A stretch of DNA of 64,000 nt from Candidatus Brocadiia bacterium. Lineage in GTDB: Bacteria > Planctomycetota > Brocadiia > SM23-32. The stretch spans positions 14,047-78,046 of the forward strand of contig JBKHIT010000020.1 in assembly GCA_046538485.1 (NCBI GenBank). Reading direction: 5' to 3'. Both the position numbers and the translations under genes were made by a program. The notes under the pieces are model-generated. The model was not told the DNA's origin, did no database searches, and was given only the letters and a program-made list of their open reading frames with translations. Positions within the stretch are counted from its first letter, which is position 1. Every line of letters starts with the position of its first letter. Positions 29,259 through 38,990 of the stretch are shown here, piece by piece.

Positions 29259-31199
29259 ATGAGCAAATCGCAAATCAACCCGGATGAAATCTTCGCTGAA
29301 GTCGCGAAGGAATGCGGCTATTTGTCGGAAGAGGAACTTCAGGAATGCCGAAAAATCCGCGATGAACTCGGGCAGATGGGCCTGACAGTTCGCCCGCTCG
29401 CCCAGATCGCCGTTGAACGGAATTTTATTACCGGCGAAGAGCGTAAAGAAATTCGCCAGGCTATGGTGCAACGGGGCGTCTATCCTCGTCTCGGTGGATA
29501 CGAACTCATAGCAAAAGCCGGCTCAGGCGGCATGGGAACGGTTTACAAGGCACGCCAGATGTCCCTCGACCGGACGGTAGCAATCAAAGTTCTGGCTCCC
29601 GAAATGGCACGTGATGAATCTTTTGTGAAACGCTTTCAGCGGGAGGCAAAACTCGCCGGAAAACTCTCTCACCCCAACGCGGTACACGTCTACGACGTGG
29701 GCTACGAAAAAGGAAAATATTTCATCGCCATGGAGTTTATCTCGGGTGTGACGCTCGAAGATGTTGTGGCGAAAGGACCGCTCGAGGAAGAGCGGGCGCT
29801 CAAAATCATGCGCCAGGTCGCCAGCGCCCTCCAGGAAGCCCATAATCGCAACATCATCCACCGCGATATAAAGCCCGGCAATATAATGCTGACGCGCGAC
29901 GGTGTTGCTAAGCTCAGCGACCTGGGTCTCGCGAAAGATATCGCCAGCAGCACAGCCATCTCTCTGACGCAGACCGGTATCGTCTCCGGCACGCCCGATT
30001 ACATGTCGCCCGAACAATGTCGAGGCGAAAAAGATATCGATCACCGGTCTGATATCTATTCCCTCGGAATAACTTTGTTCAGATTTGTCACCGGAGAGGC
30101 ACCTTTCCAAGCCAGCACACCGATGACAGTCATGACCAAACATCTGGAGGAACCGATGCCGAATCCCTGCTTAATTCGCGATTCGGTCTCCAGAGGTACG
30201 GCCAAACTGATCGATGATATGACCGCAAAGGACCCCGAAAGGCGTATCCAAAGCTGCGAGGAAATCATCGAACGAATCGATCAAATTCTGCTATCCCCCT
30301 CCGGAAGCCCCTCACCTGAGCCGACCCCGACACACAGGTTCTCCAGAAGCTCCTCCGGGAAAAGATTTAACCTGTGGTTTATCTTCGTACCTGTTTTGGC
30401 CGCCCTGATCATCGGAGCTGCCACTCTGGGCATTTTGTTCGGTCCGGATATCTTCGGGACAGAAACAGAAAATGGTGAGGATCGGTCACCAACCGCATCA
30501 AATAGCGGTAATAAGGATCCCGGGGACAAAGAGACGAGCCGTTCGGAAAAAGCCGCAAACAAAGCCATCCGGCGGGCGCAAGAGCTTGCCGACGAAAAAA
30601 AGTACAACGAAGCCATGCATACCCTGATGGCTGCCTGGCAGGAAGATCAGCAAAACGAGAAGCTTATCAAAGCCGTGATGCACGCGCGGCAAAAACTCAA
30701 ACCGCTTTTAATTGCCAGCAATATCAAAAAACCCCTGGAATTCAAAATCCGAGCCTATATCTCGGGAACAAGAATTCTGTCCTTGCGGGATGGATTTATG
30801 CTCTGGCGTACGCAAGAAAAAGTTCCAAAGAATAATAATAAACACGCCGTTTATGTAAACAATCAGAAGTGGGCGATCACGTGGCAAAAACACGCGGGCG
30901 AGAATTATCACACCTCAAACGTTTTCCTCATGCCAAGGCTCTGCATTCCTCGAAAAGCAATGCGTGAGCAGGCCGACATTATTGACGAACAATTGCCTTC
31001 AGGCGCGCGGGTTGATGTCCGTGAAATCGACGGCAATACAGACATTATATTCGACAGCGGCGGTAAAACCGGCCATTTCGAAGTCACAATCCGCGCCAGA
31101 GCCCCCCGTCGCATGAAACGCGACGGCCCCGTTCGCCGTCCGCCTGAAAAACGTGACTTTGAGTGGGAAGGCGACAAAAAAAAAGGGTTTAAATGGTAA
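29259..31199 (+). CDS. Membrane-anchored Hanks-type Ser/Thr protein kinase
   Basis: GSGGMGTVY, VAIK, HRDIKPGN, DLG, GTPDYMSPE; TM helix WFIFVPVLAALIIG. Confidence 0.95.
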   Translation: MSKSQINPDEIFAEVAKECGYLSEEELQECRKIRDELGQMGLTVRPLAQIAVERNFITGEERKEIRQAMVQRGVYPRLGGYELIAKAGSGGMGTVYKARQMSLDRTVAIKVLAPEMARDESFVKRFQREAKLAGKLSHPNAVHVYDVGYEKGKYFIAMEFISGVTLEDVVAKGPLEEERALKIMRQVASALQEAHNRNIIHRDIKPGNIMLTRDGVAKLSDLGLAKDIASSTAISLTQTGIVSGTPDYMSPEQCRGEKDIDHRSDIYSLGITLFRFVTGEAPFQASTPMTVMTKHLEEPMPNPCLIRDSVSRGTAKLIDDMTAKDPERRIQSCEEIIERIDQILLSPSGSPSPEPTPTHRFSRSSSGKRFNLWFIFVPVLAALIIGAATLGILFGPDIFGTETENGEDRSPTASNSGNKDPGDKETSRSEKAANKAIRRAQELADEKKYNEAMHTLMAAWQEDQQNEKLIKAVMHARQKLKPLLIASNIKKPLEFKIRAYISGTRILSLRDGFMLWRTQEKVPKNNNKHAVYVNNQKWAITWQKHAGENYHTSNVFLMPRLCIPRKAMREQADIIDEQLPSGARVDVREIDGNTDIIFDSGGKTGHFEVTIRARAPRRMKRDGPVRRPPEKRDFEWEGDKKKGFKW

Positions 31200-31208
31200 C
31201 TTTGAGTC

Positions 31209-32357
31209 TTATTCCTGATCGCCGCGTTCTCGGTGGGGAACAGGAACGGGAGTCGGAGGCAGCGGACGCGGATGCGGTGGCTCGGGGCGAATGATCACGA
31301 GCGAACGGGGAAACAATCCCGCATGAAGTGCCCTGTCCCCGGAAATAAGGGCTTTCCCCGTGATCCGCCGTCCCGTCACCGATAGCAATCGCCCATCCCC
31401 GGCTCCGGGCTCCCAGCTGAACTCGCCCGTGTAAACCCGTTGCAGAAACTTCTCGGCCAACGACTTTGAAGGCCGATGCCACCGCTCACCAGAATGATTG
31501 CGCCGATACGCAATACAATCCAGGGCGTACGATTCCAGCAGACGGTTCCGATGTTTCGAAAAGACCTTTGAATTGCAGAAAATATCCGCGCCAAGAACCC
31601 GCCCGTATCGCGCTACAACCATACCCACCGCGCTCGGTCGCCAGCAATGACGGGAAACGTGATCGCGATATTTTTTCAGATCTTTTTTGATCTCGGGAGA
31701 ATCATGAACGGCCTGGAGATCCCGGGTGCCTGAGTCAACTTCCAGCTGTTTCTGATAGCGTTTGACACCTTCCCAAACTTCGCCCTGCGATCGCCCGGCC
31801 TGCGCGGCCCCCCGTACCGCCGGGGGAGCAACAGATTGACGCGCCTTAAAGTTGCCTCTGGCCCGACTCCAGCGTCCTTGTTCGATACAGCGCACGGGCA
31901 CCTCCACCGGCCCGCTGTGCGGAGGCAACAGAACATCCTGTCCGAGAACGCGATTCTGTTTTCCCCCGAGGAGAAGTTCCCCGGATATCATTAAAATTTT
32001 ACGATCACCCGCATTCTCCACGACCAGCTGCGGAACCGCTCCGTTGCCCTTCTCACGCACTTTCAAAAGCCCACGCGTTATGGCTTCCTGAGTCGACAGG
32101 TAACTTGTTCTGTCCGTCGGCGACGAAAGCTCAAGCAGATATACCGAAAGACCCCGGTAGTGATACGGAGCGCGCACATCCACCCGTCGCACAAGTTCAA
32201 CAAGGGGGTTGGCGGGCCTCGGAGGTATAACGCGTTCCGGCGGGGGTTTTTCCTTTTCGGTTTCCTCGTAGTCGCTGGTCAAATATGAGGCCCTAGCCAT
32301 CACGGTCAGCAGAAAGATAACCATAAGGGCCGCCCAGACCTCTCGTTTTGATGTCAT
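31209..32357 (-). CDS. ARPP-1/DUF6569-family protein with signal peptide
   Basis: GELLLGGKQNRVL, VPVRCIEQGRW, SQGEVW, LLESYALD. Confidence 0.75.
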   Translation of the reverse strand: MTSKREVWAALMVIFLLTVMARASYLTSDYEETEKEKPPPERVIPPRPANPLVELVRRVDVRAPYHYRGLSVYLLELSSPTDRTSYLSTQEAITRGLLKVREKGNGAVPQLVVENAGDRKILMISGELLLGGKQNRVLGQDVLLPPHSGPVEVPVRCIEQGRWSRARGNFKARQSVAPPAVRGAAQAGRSQGEVWEGVKRYQKQLEVDSGTRDLQAVHDSPEIKKDLKKYRDHVSRHCWRPSAVGMVVARYGRVLGADIFCNSKVFSKHRNRLLESYALDCIAYRRNHSGERWHRPSKSLAEKFLQRVYTGEFSWEPGAGDGRLLSVTGRRITGKALISGDRALHAGLFPRSLVIIRPEPPHPRPLPPTPVPVPHRERGDQE

Positions 32358-32497
32358 TTTTCACTCCTCCTGGCCCGGATTTTACGGATAATTGGAAGCC
32401 ATTCTTGCCAAATTAGGGTAGAATCTTTATTGAACACCGTTCATAACCCTTCTCAGCCAAAAATCCGGGCTTAACGGCATGCGCCGTTTTATATAGC

Positions 32498-32518
32498 CTG
32501 CATCTTGCGGATGCAGGT
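32498..32518 (-). terminator. Hairpin after the VIT-vWA gene
   Basis: cctgcatc-ttgcg-gatgcagg; weak U-tract. Confidence 0.4.
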
Positions 32519-32526
32519 TAGCTCTA

Positions 32527-34800
32527 TCAATCAAAGAACGCGCGGATTTGCTTCTTAGACAGATCTTCTTTGCCACCCTCTCCGACGATCAGAGCTTTGC
32601 CGTCGATCACCACGATCACATACTGTCCGATCGCGAGATATTTTTTGAGTTCAGGGCGCGCCTCAACTGCGGCGAAATAGGCATCGCTGCCCCATTTCAC
32701 CTTCAGCTCTTTCATCCCTTCCTTGAAGGTAGAGTCAACGAACACCCCGTGCATCCGCACGAAAGTCTTCTCGCCCACCTTCTTGATCTGGGTCCTGACC
32801 CCGCCCAAACCGCCTTCGCCGGTGGTTGCTGATTCTTTCCAGCTGCGCATGGCCTTGCTCATCTGCACGGCTTTTTTCCCATCGCGGTCGGCGCCTTTGC
32901 CCCCGACCATTTCGCGCGCCTCATCAAGCGTGTTGTAGGCTTCTTCACGCTCTGCTTTACGATCGTCACGACGGGCACCTCCCCACCCCGCGTCCGTGGC
33001 ACTGGCAGACGGGGCAGCCGCTTTCGCCGCTTCCATGCTTCGGCGGCGCACGATACCGTGTCTGACGTATTGTTTCTCGTTCTCGAGCACCAGATAGGAC
33101 GTATAAGGTGTAGCGATCCCGTATTCCTTGCTCAGACGGACAACCGCGTCTTTCAATTCTTTGCTCTCGCCGTGGAGACGGATTTGATCCACCAGGTACG
33201 CGATTTTCCTCTGAGCCCACAGGTGAGCAATGAAACCATTATCCGTGCTGGTCTCCGGAAACTCGGCATCGTAGGCAAACTGCTTATCCTCACCTTTCAT
33301 CACACCGCCCAGTTTCACGGCCACGTCGCCGCTGCCCTCATACCGACCGAACACGAGGACCTGACTGCCTCGGAACAGGTCTGGCAGCCGTTGCGGATAC
33401 ATGTCCCGCACTTTAACTTTCCCGAAATCCAGAGTCAGATTTGCCAGAACCGGATGGCTCACTTTGCGGAAGAACGCTGATATCTCCGTCTCAATCTCAC
33501 GCCCGGGAGCAACGTATTCACTGTAACCACGGGTGGCCTCGGTGATCTGGTCGAGCAAAGGCACATCCAGGTTCTCGGCAATTCCAAAACTGAAAACGCG
33601 GACGTTCTTTTCGTTAGCCTCTTTAACCGAGGCAACGATTTTCTCGGGATCCACAATGCCGATCGTCGGTTTGCCGTCGGTGATAAGAACAACAATGTAA
33701 GGGCGGTTTCCGTCAGGTGCCATCTCCAGAGCCCTGATCACAGCGCCGCAGAGCTTGGTTCCGCCCCGGGCCTCCATTCCTTTTGTATAGCCGAGCGCTC
33801 TTTCAACATTCTGGCGGGTGGCTTTCATTAAACCGTCCGAAAACGTATCAACGCCTGTGCTGAAAGGAATCAAACTAAAACGATCTTTCTCATTCAGTGA
33901 TTTCAGGCAAAATTTTACAGCATCCTTTGCACTCTGCATCCGATTCTGCTGAAGCATGCTTCCGCTGGTATCCACGACAAAACAGACATCCTTGGGCATT
34001 ACTTCGTCTCCTTTCAGCTCCACCCGCGGGGCCAGCATCAGCGCAAAATAGCCTTGTTTGCCATCGGGGCGATAGCTCAGGAGATTCAGCCCAAAATCCT
34101 TCTTCGCCACAGTAAAATACAACACAAAATCTTCGTCCAATAAGGCATCTTCTTTCTCAAAACCAACGATCGCCTTATGATCATTTTTACGGGTTATCCC
34201 GATGCGGTGACTCGGAGAGTAAATATTCGCCAGCGCATGTTTGCTGTTAATCTCAACTCCGAAAGTGGAATCTTCCAGCACACGCGAAGCTTTTTCACCT
34301 GTTTTCAAAGGAAACGTGTAACGGTAGACACCGTTATCAAATGGCACGGGATTGGTATACTGAACCTGAATTTTCTGCGTGCTCTCTGGTTGAATGGGGT
34401 ATACGCGCAGTTTCAGCAGACGCCGTCCCATATATTCCAGAAGTCCTGGATCGCGCATACGGCGCACAATATTCTGGTAAATGCGCCGGGCCTTACTGGC
34501 TTCTACAACTTCCCCACTTTTTCTTTTGCCATTGATGTACATGGCGAAATCCGTCAACGCCGCATCGGCCGGAACAGGAAAGATATACGTCGCTTCCAAC
34601 CGCCGTTTGGTGCTGTTCAAAAAAACTTCCGTAAGCTCTGTGGTCGCCACGCCGTCCTTGACTTCGACACGAACTCGATGCGATTTTATTCCCAGCGGTG
34701 GTAAATTCTCCTTTTTCGGGATCATCAAACCCGTCGCAAAAACCGCTCTACACACAAAAAATGCGATTACTACGGCTGCAACCGACCGGTTTTTTATCAT
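32527..34800 (-). CDS. Secreted VIT and vWA domain protein
   Basis: LEATYIFPVP...ARRIY..DPGLLEY (VIT); DTSGSM, GGT and LITDG (MIDAS); probable start MIKNRS at 34800. Confidence 0.9.
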   Translation of the reverse strand: MIKNRSVAAVVIAFFVCRAVFATGLMIPKKENLPPLGIKSHRVRVEVKDGVATTELTEVFLNSTKRRLEATYIFPVPADAALTDFAMYINGKRKSGEVVEASKARRIYQNIVRRMRDPGLLEYMGRRLLKLRVYPIQPESTQKIQVQYTNPVPFDNGVYRYTFPLKTGEKASRVLEDSTFGVEINSKHALANIYSPSHRIGITRKNDHKAIVGFEKEDALLDEDFVLYFTVAKKDFGLNLLSYRPDGKQGYFALMLAPRVELKGDEVMPKDVCFVVDTSGSMLQQNRMQSAKDAVKFCLKSLNEKDRFSLIPFSTGVDTFSDGLMKATRQNVERALGYTKGMEARGGTKLCGAVIRALEMAPDGNRPYIVVLITDGKPTIGIVDPEKIVASVKEANEKNVRVFSFGIAENLDVPLLDQITEATRGYSEYVAPGREIETEISAFFRKVSHPVLANLTLDFGKVKVRDMYPQRLPDLFRGSQVLVFGRYEGSGDVAVKLGGVMKGEDKQFAYDAEFPETSTDNGFIAHLWAQRKIAYLVDQIRLHGESKELKDAVVRLSKEYGIATPYTSYLVLENEKQYVRHGIVRRRSMEAAKAAAPSASATDAGWGGARRDDRKAEREEAYNTLDEAREMVGGKGADRDGKKAVQMSKAMRSWKESATTGEGGLGGVRTQIKKVGEKTFVRMHGVFVDSTFKEGMKELKVKWGSDAYFAAVEARPELKKYLAIGQYVIVVIDGKALIVGEGGKEDLSKKQIRAFFD

Positions 34801-35021
34801 CTCGCACTCTCCTGCCAGTTCGGGGAATATCTGTCCGGGACTAATCGACAATTTTACCATTCATTGACATTAGACGTAAGCCCTAAAATAATGTTCCACT
34901 TTTTTCCTCGCCCGCCCCCTTTTGTCAGAATCAATGTCCCTGTTGGTTGAAAGTTAATCCGGTCAAAGTTACCATAATAAATTAAATCATGGATTTCTTT
35001 AACTTTGTTCAGGAGAGAATA

Positions 35022-35504
35022 ATGCCGGAATTGTTGTCTGCCAGTGAGCTTATCAACATCGCTATTCGAGAAGAAGTGACCGGGGCCACTTTTTACCGTG
35101 CCCTGGCCGAAAAGACCGACTCTCCCGAGCTGGAAGATTTTGCTCTGGATATCGCTGATATGGAAGACAAACACGCCCAGAAATTCCGCGATCTTCTCGC
35201 AGAGGTCGGCGACTATTCACCGACAGGCGAGCAGTACGAGGGAGAATATCAGGAGTATCTCGAATATCTGATCGGTGGACGAATCTTCCCGGTCGGAGAA
35301 GACGCCGAACAGATGGCTGCCAACCAGGAATCCGATCTCGACGCCGTCGAAACCGCCGCCGAAATGGAAAAAAACACCCTCCTGCTCTACCAGGAGCTCC
35401 TTAATTTCGTTCCCGAACGAAACCACGATGTGCTGCAGGGAATCATGGACGAAGAACGACAACACCTGATGCAGTTCACAAAATACAAGGAAGAGAACCT
35501 CTAA
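35022..35504 (+). CDS. Rubrerythrin/ferritin-like diiron protein
   Basis: AIREE..FY, EDKH, EKN..Y, EERQH; RBS aggag at 35011. Confidence 0.85.
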   Translation: MPELLSASELINIAIREEVTGATFYRALAEKTDSPELEDFALDIADMEDKHAQKFRDLLAEVGDYSPTGEQYEGEYQEYLEYLIGGRIFPVGEDAEQMAANQESDLDAVETAAEMEKNTLLLYQELLNFVPERNHDVLQGIMDEERQHLMQFTKYKEENL

Positions 35505-35525
35505 CTCATTTAATCCGGCACAAAT

Positions 35526-35569
35526 AAGCCCCGGAACGCAGATCTCCAAATGCGTGCCGGGGCTATTTT
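35526..35569. terminator. Bidirectional intrinsic terminator
   Basis: agccccggaacgca...tgcgtgccggggct flanked by A-rich and T-rich tracts between convergent genes. Confidence 0.65.
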
Positions 35570-35587
35570 ATTGTAAAACGTTAATGC

Positions 35588-35722
35588 TTACTTGTGGCAC
35601 CCCTCATCAACGCAGGGATGTCCTTCCTCGTCTCCATGGCACTCTTCGACTTGCTCCGGGGAACACTCTTCCGGATTTTCAACCTTCTTTTCCTCATCCT
35701 GACATCCACATTCTTCGCACAT
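35588..35722 (-). CDS. 44-aa Cys/His/Glu-rich small protein (metallothionein-like); not in ORF track
   Basis: MCEECGCQDEEKKVENPEECSPEQVEECHGDEEGHPCVDEGCHK*; RBS aaggag 7 nt upstream; terminator downstream. Confidence 0.8.
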   Translation of the reverse strand: MCEECGCQDEEKKVENPEECSPEQVEECHGDEEGHPCVDEGCHK

Positions 35723-35898
35723 TTTTGCACTCCTTTTTCAAAGAAACCAATTTCAACAACTCTGCCCTTATCTGCAATATAAAGCGGAATGCCATCTGAG
35801 ACAAATGCTTTTGACTGGCCGAACTGCTGTAGACTGAATGGATAAAGTGGACTTTCCGGGTGTCCACGTTGGGCCCCCGCCCATTTTTCATAACTCCA

Positions 35899-37020
35899 TC
35901 ACCCTAAATTCCCCTCGTCCCCAAAGACGGTCCCAACCGACCGGGCGGTCTTCACCAGCTGGCCTTCGGGGTCAACTTTCCTCTGGCGGTCGGCCACTTC
36001 TTCCAGGGGGACGGTCACAATTTCTTCGCTCTGGAGCGCCACGGTGCAGCCAAAGTTGCTATCGGCGGCCAGGACCATCGCCTCCCGGCCAAATCGCGTC
36101 GCCAGCACGCGGTCGCGGGCCGTCGGGGTGCCGCCGCGCTGAAGATGGCCCAGAACCGTCGCCCTCGACTCGATATCGGTCGCGTGCTCAATCGCATCCG
36201 CCAACCATACGCCAATGCCTCCCAGTCGGACCGGATCGTGGCTTTCTTCCACGTGATCCCGCATGACATATTCTCCGCCGCTGGCTTTGACACCTTCCGC
36301 GACCACCACAATGCTGAAGCGTCTTCCCATTTCGCCCCGCTGGTGAATCGCCTCATAGACAGTCTCAAGATCGTATTCGATTTCCGGGATAAGAATGATG
36401 TCGCCACCACCCGCCATCCCTCCCACGAGCGCCAGCCAGCCCGTATATCGGCCCATCGTCTCCACAACCATCACGCGGTGGTGGGACTGAGCGGTGGTAT
36501 GAAGACGATCTACAGCGTCCGTTACGATTTGAACCGCGGTATCAAACCCGAACGTCACATCGGTCCCGCAGACATCGTTATCGATGGTCTTGGGCACACC
36601 AACGCAATCGAGACCCTTCTGCTGCAGATGCTCAGCGATACTCAGCGTGCCGTCCCCGCCGATGCACACGAGAACGTCAATTCCGGCTTTTCGCGCATTT
36701 TCCACGCACTCAGCCGAGCGATCGACCGGTTTGGCGTTTTCGTCTTCAGGTGGATAATACCTGAACGGGTTTGCTGTATTAGATGATCCGAGTATGGTCC
36801 CACCAGTCGTCAGAATCCCGCTTACATCATCATAAGAGAGCGGTATCATGCGATCGCGCACAAGCCCATCGTAGCCGTCGAGTATGCCAACCGCTTCAAT
36901 ATCGTATTCGCTAACCGCCGTTTTGACGACTGCGCGTATCACCGCGTTGAGGCCGGGACAGTCGCCCCCGCCTGTCAGAACACCTATCTTTGTCAGGTCT
37001 GTATTTTTCGGCATAATCAT
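35899..37020 (-). CDS. pfkA: 6-phosphofructokinase
   Basis: TGGGDCPGLN, GGDGT, PKTIDND, ETMGR, LGHLQRGG. Confidence 0.95.
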   Translation of the reverse strand: MIMPKNTDLTKIGVLTGGGDCPGLNAVIRAVVKTAVSEYDIEAVGILDGYDGLVRDRMIPLSYDDVSGILTTGGTILGSSNTANPFRYYPPEDENAKPVDRSAECVENARKAGIDVLVCIGGDGTLSIAEHLQQKGLDCVGVPKTIDNDVCGTDVTFGFDTAVQIVTDAVDRLHTTAQSHHRVMVVETMGRYTGWLALVGGMAGGGDIILIPEIEYDLETVYEAIHQRGEMGRRFSIVVVAEGVKASGGEYVMRDHVEESHDPVRLGGIGVWLADAIEHATDIESRATVLGHLQRGGTPTARDRVLATRFGREAMVLAADSNFGCTVALQSEEIVTVPLEEVADRQRKVDPEGQLVKTARSVGTVFGDEGNLG

Positions 37021-37054
37021 TCCTCGGATCGACAGTCTCTTTGATTTTTATCTA

Positions 37055-38050
37055 TCAGTCGGCCAACAAATGCGCTCCCTGAGCAAGCAGGTCCACAACT
37101 TTCCGTTTGATCGCCTGATCTGCGGTCAAATCTTTAACATAAATGGGGACAGCGTCAGGACGTCCTTCCAGAGCTCTCGCCGGTGTCATCATATCCGTGA
37201 GGTATCGCACCCATTTGCGCAGATCGACGCGCGGTTCTTGCCCTCGAGTCAATACCATAACAGGCCGCTCAGCCAGTATGGCGAGACAAAACTCGGCTCC
37301 GCGCTCCGCCCGCGCATACTCGCTGACTTCTTCCCAGAAAGCGTGATGTTCCCTCGGGATCTCAACAGTTACCAGCGTGTGATCTCGCATATAAATAAGT
37401 TCGCTGGCACGATCGCCCGCAAGATCCCGGTTTTTCCGCTGAGTCTGGCGTGCTTCCTCCTGAAGCTCCGGGTCAAGCTCCTCAGGGCGGTTCTCGATCA
37501 AAGGGCCAACGATGGTGTTGAGCCGGAAAGCATCCTTTTTCAGGCTGTTGATAACCCGACGCCAATCGTTCCCCCACCGTTCGTCGTCTTCTTCCGAAAG
37601 TGTGTCAGCAGCAAAGTTCTTCAGAGCGTCCGCAAAATCATCCCCGGGGGCAGCAAAAGCTTCGTGGACCAATTCAGCCGTGGAATCGACTTCCGGTTGA
37701 AGGACCAAATTTTGCTCCCCGATAATATTCCGAACTGCCGCCACATCTTCGGATCGCCACCCGCCCGTGCTGAACCACCGGACAGGGGCCGAGAAAGACC
37801 GCAGAACATCCATAAGATCCGGGCGGACAAGCTCGCCATCCCAGCTCATGTACACCACGTTCAGTCCGCAGATGACAAGTGTATACATTCTCGGCAGCTT
37901 CAGTTGGATTGACGGTTCGAAAAATCCGGGCAACTCCTCCGATCCCATAAAAAACGTCTCGAAAGAGCCCTCAATTCCCCGGGCCACGATCGCCGCGGAG
38001 GCCACGCCATCCACATCGGGAGACGCCACGATTACAGTCAGATCGCTCAT
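37055..38050 (-). CDS. Degenerate DHH-phosphoesterase-like protein
   Basis: N-term DVDGVASAA (DxDG); no DHH triad seen. Confidence 0.5.
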   Translation of the reverse strand: MSDLTVIVASPDVDGVASAAIVARGIEGSFETFFMGSEELPGFFEPSIQLKLPRMYTLVICGLNVVYMSWDGELVRPDLMDVLRSFSAPVRWFSTGGWRSEDVAAVRNIIGEQNLVLQPEVDSTAELVHEAFAAPGDDFADALKNFAADTLSEEDDERWGNDWRRVINSLKKDAFRLNTIVGPLIENRPEELDPELQEEARQTQRKNRDLAGDRASELIYMRDHTLVTVEIPREHHAFWEEVSEYARAERGAEFCLAILAERPVMVLTRGQEPRVDLRKWVRYLTDMMTPARALEGRPDAVPIYVKDLTADQAIKRKVVDLLAQGAHLLAD

Positions 38051-38295
38051 CTTGTCATCCTCTGGAAAACACTCGTTATCCGCCCGGCATTATATTATCC
38101 CCCTCGTCGTCCATCAACACGGCAAAGGGCGAATAAAGAACGAAAGGCCCGCTTCCCGGGGCCATTGCGAGGGGCCTCTGGCCCTCGCAATGACACGTGA
38201 ACCTGAATGGCTGAGTGTAACGGACCCTAACCGCGTATTCACGCTGGCAGGGTACCAAAAATACGCGGATGAACGTGAGTGCGAATTGGAAGATT

Positions 38296-38958
38296 TCAAC
38301 GTTTCTTTTCCGCCGCCTTCACAAACCGGTGGAGGTTGTTCTCCTCCCACTCCATCGCCCGCTGATATTCCGGGAATTTCTCAAGCTGTTCCGTGAACTC
38401 AACCGAATGCACATTCCCCGGCGTCGGGGGGATCTCCCGATGCAGCATCTCGTGGAAAATCAGAAACCGGACAAAATATCCCGGCACAAACGACGCATCG
38501 AGTTTGGGATTGATCCGTATCAGATCTTTCCGCCCGTCGTAAGACGCAAACTGTATGCTCGATTTATTCTTTCCCGGCGTCGTCCGTCCCCAGCTAATGT
38601 GCGGCCAGTCATCGTCGGGAAAATGTTCGCCCAGCACTTCGTCCCGAAGTTCCTCAAGATCAAAATGCCGCCCCCTCGGACGCAGATAGGTTCGCCGCGG
38701 TTGATAGTTGATCCGGTGTTCGTTCTCGCGGATGTATTCGCGAACGCAATCCATCCCGCTCTCATCCCCGCCGATATAGTATCCCACTGCATTCAAAACG
38801 TCATCCGGCGCATCAAGAAACATGCGGTGCATACGGACTTCAGCCACACCGTCGCGGTGGCGAACCGAGATCATTGACCGGTAATTATCCGTGAGGGTCA
38901 GTCTTACGTCGCAGCCGCTGTGTCGCTCAAGCTGTCGGGCCAATTCACGTTTCGTCAT
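38296..38958 (-). CDS. SprT/YgjP-like zinc metallopeptidase
   Basis: IRINPKLD...IFHEMLH...H. Confidence 0.75.
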   Translation of the reverse strand: MTKRELARQLERHSGCDVRLTLTDNYRSMISVRHRDGVAEVRMHRMFLDAPDDVLNAVGYYIGGDESGMDCVREYIRENEHRINYQPRRTYLRPRGRHFDLEELRDEVLGEHFPDDDWPHISWGRTTPGKNKSSIQFASYDGRKDLIRINPKLDASFVPGYFVRFLIFHEMLHREIPPTPGNVHSVEFTEQLEKFPEYQRAMEWEENNLHRFVKAAEKKR

Positions 38959-38990
38959 ATCAACACCTCCGGCTGAACTTCACATCAATG

